Assembly: GCA_963422205.2 (NCBI GenBank)
Contig: CAXMWX010000005.1
Location: 544,001-608,000, forward strand
DNA from: Gammaproteobacteria bacterium
GTDB taxonomy: Bacteria > Pseudomonadota > Gammaproteobacteria > Eutrophobiales > Eutrophobiaceae
Length of the DNA stretch: 64,000 bases
Direction: 5' to 3'
Positions 28,752 to 37,620 of this stretch are shown here, one piece after another (the stretch's first letter is position 1; every line of letters begins with the position of its first letter). A program made the position numbers and the translations under genes. The notes under the pieces were generated by a model. It ran no database searches, was not told the DNA's origin, and was given only the letters and a program-made list of their open reading frames with translations.

Positions 28752-29276
28752 ATGCCAGACATAACGGCTGAACAGATCATTGCACACCTTAACCTGCGGC
28801 CCCTGCCCATCGAAGGCGGCTATTATGCCGTCACCTACCGCTCGGATGAGACGCTGCCCGCTGCCAGCCTGCCTGAACGCTACGACAATGCTCGCCCGCT
28901 TGCCGGGGCGATCTATTTTTTGATGACCACAGCGCAGTTCTCCGCCCTGCACAGCTTGCCCACCGATGAGGTGTATTACTATCACCTGGGCGACCCGGTA
29001 GAGATGTTATTGCTGCATCCCGATGGGACGGGCACCGTCAGGATCCTCGGGGCGGATATCTGCGCCGGGCAACAGCTGCAAACCCTCGCCCCCCGACAGT
29101 GCTGGCATGGCGCCCGGCCACGGCCCGGCGCTCGGCATGGTTTCAGCCTGTGCAGCACCTCCATGGCACCGGCCTATGCCACAGGTGATGCGGTGTTTGC
29201 CGAACGGGAGGGGCTGATAGCACAGTATCCGCCATTTGGCACGCTGATCACCGCCTTGACTCGGCCAGCGGCCTGA
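28752..29276 (+). CDS. Cupin domain protein (DUF985/YML079w-like)
   Basis: L.L.P.P.EGGYY..TYRS, AIYFL, FSALH.L..DE.YYYH.GDP, W.GA, MAP. Confidence 0.85.
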   Translation: MPDITAEQIIAHLNLRPLPIEGGYYAVTYRSDETLPAASLPERYDNARPLAGAIYFLMTTAQFSALHSLPTDEVYYYHLGDPVEMLLLHPDGTGTVRILGADICAGQQLQTLAPRQCWHGARPRPGARHGFSLCSTSMAPAYATGDAVFAEREGLIAQYPPFGTLITALTRPAA

Positions 29277-29306
29277 TACACCAGCAACCCCGTCAGCCAA
29301 GCCGCC

Positions 29307-30026
29307 ATGCCCGCCTATGTCTTTAACGCCCGGCCCGGTGATATTGCCGAGACGGTCATTATGCCCGGGGACCCGTTGCGGGCGAAGTATATTGCCGAGT
29401 CCTGTCTGGATGATGCCAGAGAAGTGACCAATGTACGCAATATGCTGGGTTTTAGCGGCAGCTACAATGGCAGGGCTGTCAGCGTCATCGGGCATGGGAT
29501 CGGCATTGCCTCAGCCATGCTCTATACCACCGAGTTGATCCGGGCGTGGGGCGTGCGGCGCATTATTCGGGTGGGTAGCTGTGGTACGGTCAGTGCGGCT
29601 GTCAAGCTGCGTGATCTGGTGATCGCCATGGGCGCATCGACCGACTCAAACGTGAACCGCACCCGCTTCAGGGGGCATGATCTGGCGGCGATAGCGGATT
29701 ATGATTTACTGCAAGCCGCCGTAGAGAATGCCCGCCGGCAGGGTCTCACCTACCATGTGTGTAACGTCTTCACTTCGGATTTTTTCTACCCCCCGGCGGA
29801 TGCCGAGATGTGGGATATTCTGGAACGCTACCGGGTGCCGGTCGTGGAGATGGAGATCGCCGGCATTTATGGCGTTGCAGCGGAATACGGTGCGGCGGCC
29901 ATCGCCCTGTGTACCGTCAGTGATGATGTGCATACCCACACAGGCATCTCCCAGAAAGAGCGGCAAGAGGGTTTTGATGACATGATCCGGGTGGCGCTGG
30001 AGACCGCCGCTGCACCCGCCCCATGA
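29307..30026 (+). CDS. deoD: Purine nucleoside phosphorylase, DeoD-type, divergent paralog
   Basis: [38 protein letters not shown]. Lacks the N-terminal His and has GHGIGI instead of G(H/S)GMGI. Confidence 0.9.
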   Translation: MPAYVFNARPGDIAETVIMPGDPLRAKYIAESCLDDAREVTNVRNMLGFSGSYNGRAVSVIGHGIGIASAMLYTTELIRAWGVRRIIRVGSCGTVSAAVKLRDLVIAMGASTDSNVNRTRFRGHDLAAIADYDLLQAAVENARRQGLTYHVCNVFTSDFFYPPADAEMWDILERYRVPVVEMEIAGIYGVAAEYGAAAIALCTVSDDVHTHTGISQKERQEGFDDMIRVALETAAAPAP

Positions 30027-30261
30027 CAGCTATGCCGCAAGCCAGATCGGCCCTGCCGGGGCTTGTCAACGGCGCTGACGGACTGGGCGCTCGCAAACAG
30101 GGCTTGCCCTATGTTGCTTCTTCACAACAAAATCGAATCTTTCAATTTGCATTGTCAACAACCCGGTAATCCAGTACCCTCGCCGCCTGATATGAGCGCT
30201 TGACAACACATACCGGATCAACCCCGGATGGTTTATTTATCCCTAAGGAGACTAACAAGTT

Positions 30262-32427
30262 ATGAGATTCAATCCGCCCAGCATCGGCATTGCCTTGCTT
30301 GCAACCGCCTTCATTGGTCACACGTTTGCACAAGGCGTTCTGGAAGAGATCATCGTCACGGCACAGAAGCGTGAGCAGAATATTCAGGAGGTGCCCCTCT
30401 CCATAACCAACTTATCCGGGGACAGGCTAAATGCGCGGTTTACAGGCGGTGAGGATATCCTCAGTCTGTCCAGTGCGGCGCCGGGGCTGCATGTGGAATC
30501 ATCCAACGGTCGCCTGGCGCCGCGCTTTTATCTGCGTGGCCTCGGCAATGCGGATTTCACCCAGGCGGCATCCCAACCGGTATCCATCGTCTTTGATGAA
30601 GTGCCCATGGAAAAAGCGGCGCTGAAGGCATTTCCCCTGTTCGATATGGCGGACATTGAAGTCATTCGAGGCCCGCAGGGGACGCTGTTTGGTCGCAACA
30701 CAACAGCCGGTATTATCAAGATCGATTCACGCCGACCAACCGAAGAAACCGAAGGCTTTGCGAGGCTCGCTGTGGGTAATCTGGGTACTGTCAATGCCGA
30801 GGCAGCCATCGGCGGCACACTGGTTGAACAGGTATTAACAGGCCGGGCTTCATTCATGACTCAAAACCGTGCAGACTGGGTCAGCAATGGTTTCACGGGC
30901 GAAGCAGATGCCCTCGGCGGTCATAATGTGTTTGCCGGTCGGCTACAGTTGTTGTGGACGCCGAGAGATGATGTCACTGCCTGGGTGATGCACCAGCATC
31001 AGGACGCCGATGGTACTGCCAGCCTGTTCCGCGCCAATGTGCTCAGCACAGGCAGCAATGAACTCAACGATAATTATGATCGGGATACGGTATTTTTCGA
31101 TGGCGGCGACAATAATCCCGGCAAGATCAAATCACATGGCACCACGGTAAAACTGGACTGGGACATCAATCGGCATACCATTACCTCGATCACCGCTTAT
31201 CAGGATGTCTATGATCGCTTTGGCCGCTCTGATATTGATGGCGGTAACCCCCGCGGCCCGGGTAGGATACCCTTCCCGGTCGATACCGGCAGTTCTCTGG
31301 AACTCACGCAGTTCACGCAGGAGGTTCGTCTTGCCAGCCAGCTGGATGGGGCATTCAATTATCAGGTGGGGCTGTTTTATTTTGAGGATGATCTGGCAAT
31401 TAACTCCCAGGGGGTAAGACAGGAAGAGTTTCAAACCAACTCAACTTCCAATATTGAGAATACCACCTGGGCGGTCTTCGGACAGGGCAGCTATGCGGTA
31501 AATGAGCAACTGACGCTGACCGCCGGCGTGCGTTACACCGATGATGAGAAAGACGCCCTGCATGTTGATTTCAACCCGCCGATCATCCCGTCAGTGCCGA
31601 TTGCATTATCCGATGACAATATCAGTTGGGATCTGGCCTTATCCTATGCCATGACCGATGAGGCACAGGTCTATGCCCGTATTGCTTCCGGTTTCAGAGC
31701 ACCGACTATCCAGGATCGTATTGAGGATGATGTCAATATCACAACGGCTGATTCAGAGACCATCATGTCGTATGAGGTCGGTTACAAGGCAGACATCAAC
31801 CAGCGACTGCGCTTGAATACCGCCCTGTTCTATTATGACATTGATGATATGCAGCTCACCGCCATAGGCGGTACCGCAAACACGACCTCCCTGTTGAATG
31901 CAAAGGGCGGCGAGGGTTACGGTCTTGAGTTTGACATTGACTGGATCGCAACGGATAACCTGATAGTGTCCGGCGGTTTTGGCTATGCCAGGACAAAAAT
32001 TAAAGATGAGATCTTGTCGGTCAGCCAGTGCAGTTCATGCACGATTACCGATCCTCTAAACGATAACAATCGTGCCCTGATTAACGGCAACCCCTTCCAG
32101 CATGCCCCGCTGTGGACGGCCAATATTGAGTTGGACTATCGCCACCCGCTCTCTGGCGATGGCGAGTTGTATCTGTTCACGGACTGGAAGTTCAAGGGCG
32201 AGACCAACGACTTTCTCTACGAGAGTATTGAATACATCACCGATACCCAGTTCGAAGGCGGCTTGCGGGCAGGTTATCGCAATGTCACCCACAACTATGA
32301 GATCGGTTTTTTCATCCGCAATATTACCGATGAGGACAACCTCATCGGCGGTATCGACTTCAACAACAACACCGGCTATGTCAATGAACCACGGGTGTGG
32401 GGAGTGGAAGCGGCTTACCGTTTTTAG
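30262..32427 (+). CDS. TonB-dependent receptor (candidate nucleoside/nucleotide uptake)
   Basis: Signal peptide, LEEIIVTAQKREQ, PRFYLRGLGN.DF..AASQPV, EVIRGPQGTLFGRNT, C-terminal YRF. SD AAGGAG. The substrate is inferred from context. Confidence 0.93.
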   Translation: MRFNPPSIGIALLATAFIGHTFAQGVLEEIIVTAQKREQNIQEVPLSITNLSGDRLNARFTGGEDILSLSSAAPGLHVESSNGRLAPRFYLRGLGNADFTQAASQPVSIVFDEVPMEKAALKAFPLFDMADIEVIRGPQGTLFGRNTTAGIIKIDSRRPTEETEGFARLAVGNLGTVNAEAAIGGTLVEQVLTGRASFMTQNRADWVSNGFTGEADALGGHNVFAGRLQLLWTPRDDVTAWVMHQHQDADGTASLFRANVLSTGSNELNDNYDRDTVFFDGGDNNPGKIKSHGTTVKLDWDINRHTITSITAYQDVYDRFGRSDIDGGNPRGPGRIPFPVDTGSSLELTQFTQEVRLASQLDGAFNYQVGLFYFEDDLAINSQGVRQEEFQTNSTSNIENTTWAVFGQGSYAVNEQLTLTAGVRYTDDEKDALHVDFNPPIIPSVPIALSDDNISWDLALSYAMTDEAQVYARIASGFRAPTIQDRIEDDVNITTADSETIMSYEVGYKADINQRLRLNTALFYYDIDDMQLTAIGGTANTTSLLNAKGGEGYGLEFDIDWIATDNLIVSGGFGYARTKIKDEILSVSQCSSCTITDPLNDNNRALINGNPFQHAPLWTANIELDYRHPLSGDGELYLFTDWKFKGETNDFLYESIEYITDTQFEGGLRAGYRNVTHNYEIGFFIRNITDEDNLIGGIDFNNNTGYVNEPRVWGVEAAYRF

Positions 32428-32524
32428 GCCAACGGGCGGTGCCACAAGCTGGCGATAACCGATTGCCTCTGGCGCTTGTCCCTGTCCATACGGCACCAAA
32501 GGCCGCCGCCCCATAGCCTGATGC

Positions 32525-32566
32525 CCGCCGATGATTGCAGCGTTGCCGCCGATGATTGCAGCGTTG
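32525..32566 (+). repeat. Exact 21-bp tandem duplication (CCGCCGATGATTGCAGCGTTG)x2
   Basis: Seen directly just upstream of the phoD start. Confidence 0.9.
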
Positions 32567-32579
32567 TTTTAAGAGACCG

Positions 32580-34163
32580 ATGAGCAGGGTGAACAGACGC
32601 GATTTTCTCCGTAATGCGATCCTAGGGCTGGGCAGTGCGCCGCTGGCCGGTGCGCTTGCCGCTGACATGCCCTCATCCAACCCGTTCACGCTGGGGATCG
32701 CCTCAGGTGATGTCACGAGCAACTCGGCCGTTTTATGGACCCGGCTGGCGCCTCAGCCCTTGAGGGCAGATGGCGGTATGCCCGCCGTCAATATTCCGAT
32801 CAGCTGGGAATTGTCACTGGATGCGAACATGTCCCGCATTGTCCGGCGCGGGGAAGCACAGGCCGGGCCAGCACTGGCCCACTCGGTGCATATCGAACTT
32901 GAGGATCTGACGCCTGATCGGGCGTACTGGTATCGCTTCGCTACGGCAAAACACCTATCGCCAACAGGCAGAACCAAAACACTGCCGGGCATGGACGGCC
33001 TGCCGCGTGCTGCCCGCTTTATCACCGCCTCTTGCCAGAACTACACGCATGGTTACTTCATCGCCTATGCACATATACTTGCCGAGCGACCGGATTTCAT
33101 CATTCACCTGGGCGATTATATTTATGATACCGCCTATGGAGAGACATTCAGGCAGCACGACAGCGAGCAACCCCCGGTCACGCTGGCTGACTTCCGGCGA
33201 CGGCATGCGCTGTACAAAACCGATCCATACCTCAAGCACGCCCATGCACAACTGCCCTTCTTCGTCACCATCGACAACCATGATGCGGTGGAAGACAACC
33301 ATCCAGATACCTTCAAGCGGCGTACCGCCGCCTATCAGGCATGGTATGAGCACATGCCCGTATCCGGCTACCGCCTGGCCGGTCAACACGCTATCGATAT
33401 GCACCGGCGCATCCAGTTTGGCGAGCTGCTCACGATCAGCCTGTTGGATCCCCGGCAATTTCGCGATCAGAAAAATCTCTGCCCTGATAACCCGTACCCG
33501 GAGTATGGTTTCGGCAATTACCGTGAGCGATGCAAGGAGGTATTCGCCGAAGACAGAACCATGCTGGGCGCGGTGCAGGAGCAATGGCTGGCCGACAACC
33601 TCATCCACAACGAAGCGGCCTGGAATGTGATCGCCTCTGCCAGCCCCGTCTCAAGTTTTGAGTACCATCTGGACGGCAAAAAACTGCACTATACAGGTGC
33701 CTGGGATTTCTATCCTGCAAACCGGCAGCGCATTAAGCAGGCGCTCAGCCAGGCCAGGATAGGGCATCCCGTTATCCTAAGCGGCGATCTGCATTCCTTC
33801 TGGGCGATCAGGGATGCGCTTTGTATGCAGCAGGATAAGCACCTGCCAGTGACAGAGTTCGTTACCTCATCCATCACGGCTAACTGGCCGGAGCCGCTGG
33901 CAAGACCCGTGACGGATAATCTGCCGCACAATCCCCATGTCGCATTTTATGCGCCGGATAAACGAGGATACTTGCTGCATGAAGTGAACCAGACCACCTG
34001 GAAAACCACCGCCCGCGCAATACAGGATGTGAGAGATAGACACTCGCCCGCATTCAATCTGGCCAGCTTCCTGGTGGAGAACGGAAAACCCGGTTTTACA
34101 CGAATTTATCAAGACGTGCCTGGAGTTCAGGGCAGCACAGATTTTTCGAATTTGTACGCATGA
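32580..34163 (+). CDS. phoD: PhoD family alkaline phosphatase/phosphodiesterase, Tat-exported
   Basis: NRRDFL Tat motif, [51 protein letters not shown]. Confidence 0.92.
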   Translation: MSRVNRRDFLRNAILGLGSAPLAGALAADMPSSNPFTLGIASGDVTSNSAVLWTRLAPQPLRADGGMPAVNIPISWELSLDANMSRIVRRGEAQAGPALAHSVHIELEDLTPDRAYWYRFATAKHLSPTGRTKTLPGMDGLPRAARFITASCQNYTHGYFIAYAHILAERPDFIIHLGDYIYDTAYGETFRQHDSEQPPVTLADFRRRHALYKTDPYLKHAHAQLPFFVTIDNHDAVEDNHPDTFKRRTAAYQAWYEHMPVSGYRLAGQHAIDMHRRIQFGELLTISLLDPRQFRDQKNLCPDNPYPEYGFGNYRERCKEVFAEDRTMLGAVQEQWLADNLIHNEAAWNVIASASPVSSFEYHLDGKKLHYTGAWDFYPANRQRIKQALSQARIGHPVILSGDLHSFWAIRDALCMQQDKHLPVTEFVTSSITANWPEPLARPVTDNLPHNPHVAFYAPDKRGYLLHEVNQTTWKTTARAIQDVRDRHSPAFNLASFLVENGKPGFTRIYQDVPGVQGSTDFSNLYA

Positions 34164-34873
34164 CGACAAAACACATCAATGCCAGGTTCGGTGATTTTGC
34201 CGAGACCATCATCCTGCCCGGTGATCCGCTGCGTGCGAAACACATTGCCGAGACCCACCTGCAAGCCGCCAGACAGGTGAGCGATGTGCGTAACATGCTC
34301 GGCTTTACCGGCACATACAAAGGCAAGCCCGTCTCGGTCATGGGCTCTGGCATGGGCATTCCTTCGGCATCAATTTACTGCACCGAGCTGATCAACCATT
34401 ACGGGGTAAAACAGATTATCCGTGCCGGTAGCTGTGGCAGTGTTCTGCCTCAGGTAAAATTGCGTGATATCGTCATCGGCATGGGCGCATGTACGGATTC
34501 CAACGTGAATCGCCTGCGTTTTAAGGGCTATGATTTTGCTGCCCTGGCCGATTATGATCTGCTGCATCATGCTGTAGCAACAGCCAAGGCAAGGCAACTC
34601 GCTGTCCATGTCGGTAATATTTTCTCGGCCGATTTGTTTTACACGCCGGATGCGGACATGTTCAAGGTCATGGCAAAATACACGATCCTCGGCGTGGAGA
34701 TGGAAGCGGCCGGGATCTATGGCCTGGCGGCGGAGTTTGGCGCCCGGGCATTGGCGCTCTGCACAGTCAGTGATCACATCAGCGATGGCACCGCACTGTC
34801 TGCCAAAGAAAGGCAACTCAGCTTTGATGAGATGATCGAATTGGCCATGGAGACCGCCCACATCAGCACGTGA
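34160..34873 (+). CDS. deoD: Purine nucleoside phosphorylase, DeoD-type, canonical
   Basis: [51 protein letters not shown]. Confidence 0.97.
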   Translation: MTTKHINARFGDFAETIILPGDPLRAKHIAETHLQAARQVSDVRNMLGFTGTYKGKPVSVMGSGMGIPSASIYCTELINHYGVKQIIRAGSCGSVLPQVKLRDIVIGMGACTDSNVNRLRFKGYDFAALADYDLLHHAVATAKARQLAVHVGNIFSADLFYTPDADMFKVMAKYTILGVEMEAAGIYGLAAEFGARALALCTVSDHISDGTALSAKERQLSFDEMIELAMETAHIST

Positions 34874-34956
34874 CTAGGGCGTTCTAAAAATGAGGCGTGG
34901 CTGACACAAAAAGTGAGGCGATACTTATCGTCATTTTCAACCGCTGTATTGGCTGC

Positions 34957-35649
34957 TCAATACCCATCGCCATGTCTATCACCGGCATCCTGCATGGCAG
35001 CACCGACGATAAGCAAACCGGCGCTGGTGCCCAGGCGATTGGCACCGGCGGCTACCATGGCACAAGCCGTCTCATAGCTACGGATCCCGCCACTGGCCTT
35101 CACGCCAATCTCAGCACCCACGGTGGCACGCATCAGCCTGACATCGTCCAGCGTTGCACCACCGGTAGAGAAACCGGTAGAGGTCTTGACAAAAGCCGCC
35201 CCGGCCGCCACCGCCGCCTTGCAAGCGATGACTTTCTCCTCAATATTTAACAGACAGGTCTCCAGAATCACCTTGACCAACCGGCCCCGGGCAGCCGCCA
35301 CCACAGCGGCCACGTCTGTGTGCAGAAAATCATACTGACCGGATTTTAACGCGGCAACATTCAATACCATGTCCAGCTCATCGGCGCCTTGCTCAACCGC
35401 AATGCGGGCCTCCCTTGCCTTTGCCTCGGCAGCATGTGCGCCCAACGGGAAACCGATCACCGTGCACAGCTTGACAGCAGAATGCCGTAATTGCTCGGCT
35501 GCCACCGGGACATAAAAAGGCAACACACAGACCGAGCAGAAATTCTCCTGGCGGGCTTCGGCACAAAGCTGTGCTACCTGCTCTGCTGTGCTCTCAGGCT
35601 TGAGTAACGTATGGTCGATCAAACCGGCCAATGCCTGGCGCTGCATCAA
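34957..35649 (-). CDS. deoC: Deoxyribose-phosphate aldolase
   Basis: IDHTLLKP, CTVIGFPLG, ELDMV, VKVILET, FVKTSTGF, GVKASGGIR, RLGTS. Confidence 0.97.
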   Translation of the reverse strand: MMQRQALAGLIDHTLLKPESTAEQVAQLCAEARQENFCSVCVLPFYVPVAAEQLRHSAVKLCTVIGFPLGAHAAEAKAREARIAVEQGADELDMVLNVAALKSGQYDFLHTDVAAVVAAARGRLVKVILETCLLNIEEKVIACKAAVAAGAAFVKTSTGFSTGGATLDDVRLMRATVGAEIGVKASGGIRSYETACAMVAAGANRLGTSAGLLIVGAAMQDAGDRHGDGY

Positions 35650-35667
35650 CTGAACCCGCCGCTCTCG

Positions 35668-36600
35668 CTAATAGCCGTAACCGAAATTTTCCTTGAAGCG
35701 TTCGGCAAACGCTTCTCGGCTGATGGTGTGGTTCTGGGTGCCACAGGTTTCGATCTTGACCGCCGCAATCAAGGCCGCAATCCGGCCGGTCGTCTCCCAG
35801 CCGAGGCCCTGCATCAGGCCGCATAACAGGCCCGCCCGGTAAGCATCGCCGCAGCCGGTCGGGTCTTTTATCTCACTGATCCTGGCCGCAGGTATGTCAA
35901 ACGTTTTCTCTTGCGTGTAGATAGATGAGCCTTGCCCGCCCCTGGTCACGATAAGCGCCTCCACATAGCGAAGGATGGTCTCTGCATTGAGCGCAGTCTT
36001 GTCTTTGACCAACTGCCATTCATAATCATTAAAGACCAGCCAGGTCGCCTGCCTGAACGCATGCAGCAACTCCTGTTTGCATAATACCGTCACGTTCTGG
36101 CCAGGATCAAAGAAACAGGGAATCCCGGCCGCCGCAAACTGCTCAACATGCTGCAACATGCCTGCTTTGCCATCGGGTGCAACAATGCCTATGCTGATGC
36201 CGGTTGCATCGGCGATGTGATTCTCATGTGCATAGGCCATCGCCCCCAGTTGAAATGAGGTGATCTGGTTATCGTCCAGATCGGTGGTAATAAAACACTG
36301 GGCAGTGAAGGTGTTATCAATCAGCTTGATATGACGGCTGTCCACGCCCAGTGAATCCAGATGTTTTTTATAGCTGTCAAAATCCATGCCGGCCGTGCTC
36401 ATGGGAATACCATCTGCATTGAGTAATTTCATATTGTAGATGATATTACCGGCACACCCGCCGAACTCGCGCCGCATCTCCGGCACCACAAAACAGACAT
36501 TTAATATATGGATTTTATCCGGCAGGATATGATTTTTGAAATGATCCGGGAAGACCATAATATGGTCATACGCCATCGAACCACACACGAGCGCTGTCAT
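35668..36600 (-). CDS. PfkB family kinase, adenosine/nucleoside kinase type
   Basis: CGSMAYD.IM.FP..F, FGGCAGNI.Y, TDLDDNQIT.F, FDPGQ, DPTGCGDAYRAG, KIE..G.QNH. Confidence 0.9.
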   Translation of the reverse strand: MTALVCGSMAYDHIMVFPDHFKNHILPDKIHILNVCFVVPEMRREFGGCAGNIIYNMKLLNADGIPMSTAGMDFDSYKKHLDSLGVDSRHIKLIDNTFTAQCFITTDLDDNQITSFQLGAMAYAHENHIADATGISIGIVAPDGKAGMLQHVEQFAAAGIPCFFDPGQNVTVLCKQELLHAFRQATWLVFNDYEWQLVKDKTALNAETILRYVEALIVTRGGQGSSIYTQEKTFDIPAARISEIKDPTGCGDAYRAGLLCGLMQGLGWETTGRIAALIAAVKIETCGTQNHTISREAFAERFKENFGYGY

Positions 36601-36750
36601 AGATATTCCTTATAGAGAAGCGATTCTAAGAATACGGCAAAGATTAGCAGATGATATTATTCCCAATGATATTCATCAAACCGTCATACTGCCCTGCTAT
36701 TTTACACCGATGACGCATTTGTTTGTACTTTAGCCTTGCACAGGAACACC

Positions 36751-37353
36751 ATGCCGGAAGAGAAAATGAAAATCTGCGTGTTCTGCGGCTCCAGCGTTGG
36801 CAGCAGGCAGGCATATACCGAGGCTGCTAAAGCATTGGCGCAAGAACTGGTGCAACGCGATATTGAGCTCGTCTATGGGGGCGGCGATGTCGGCCTGATG
36901 GGTGTGCTGGCAAACAGCGTGATGGCCGCCGGTGGGCGGGTGATCGGCATCATGCCAAAATTCCTCGCTGACAAGGAGCTGGCGAGCAACGAGATAACCG
37001 AGTTACGCATCGTCAATTCCATGCACCAGCGCAAGGCGATGATGTCTGAATTGGCCAACGGCTTTATTGCCTTGCCGGGCGGTCTTGGCACCTTCGAGGA
37101 GTTATTTGAAGTGCTGACCTGGCAACAACTGGGCATTCAACACAAACCCTGCGCCTTGCTCAATATCTGTGATTACTATGCGGTACTGCTGCAATTAATG
37201 GTGCAGGCAGTCGCCGAGGGATTTATCAGAACCGAACATAAAGATATGCTCATCGTTGGCGCCACACCGGCTGAGGTGCTGGATAAATTATCTGCCTATC
37301 AACACCGGCACATCGAGAAGTGGACTGATCGGGATGTTCAGGTGCAAATCTGA
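36751..37353 (+). CDS. LOG family nucleotide phosphoribohydrolase (TIGR00730)
   Basis: ICVFCGSS, LVYGGG.VGLMG, MHQRKA.M, PGGLGTFEE, W.QLG...KP. Confidence 0.94.
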   Translation: MPEEKMKICVFCGSSVGSRQAYTEAAKALAQELVQRDIELVYGGGDVGLMGVLANSVMAAGGRVIGIMPKFLADKELASNEITELRIVNSMHQRKAMMSELANGFIALPGGLGTFEELFEVLTWQQLGIQHKPCALLNICDYYAVLLQLMVQAVAEGFIRTEHKDMLIVGATPAEVLDKLSAYQHRHIEKWTDRDVQVQI

Positions 37354-37405
37354 TAAGATGACTGACTGGTGAGCATGACCATAGCCCCTTAAGTATAAAT
37401 TCCGC

Positions 37406-37433
37406 TTGCCTGCCTGGCTTACAATGCTACTAT
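37406..37433 (+). promoter_or_regulatory. Putative sigma70 promoter of the thiamine uptake operon
   Basis: TTGCCT-N16-TACTAT with a TG extension, about 30 nt upstream of the riboswitch aptamer. Confidence 0.45.
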
Positions 37434-37463
37434 GCACCCCCGTAGCCTTGGTGTAGCAAGGCT

Positions 37464-37550
37464 TTCCTAAGGGGTGGCCGTTGCGGCCTGAGATGTCTTG
37501 ATGACGAACCCTGTGAACCTGATCCGGATCATACCGGCGTAGGGATAGGC
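37464..37550 (+). ncRNA. TPP riboswitch (THI element)
   Basis: GGGGTG...CTGAGA...ACCCTGTGAACCTGATCCGGATCATACCGGCGTAGGGA matches the TPP consensus. A downstream hairpin (about 37588-37614) overlaps the AAGGAGG SD, suggesting translational control. Confidence 0.96.
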
Positions 37551-37620
37551 TTGGCGTTTCTGTTGTTTCCCCCCTGCCTCATCCGGGTCTCTTGCGGCAA
37601 ACCGCACAAGGAGGCTTGAT

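Noticed and set aside
30140-30261. Purine or other known riboswitch ahead of the nucleoside receptor
   Set aside because: I could not match the conserved core of any riboswitch class I know. Kept only as a weak motif observation.
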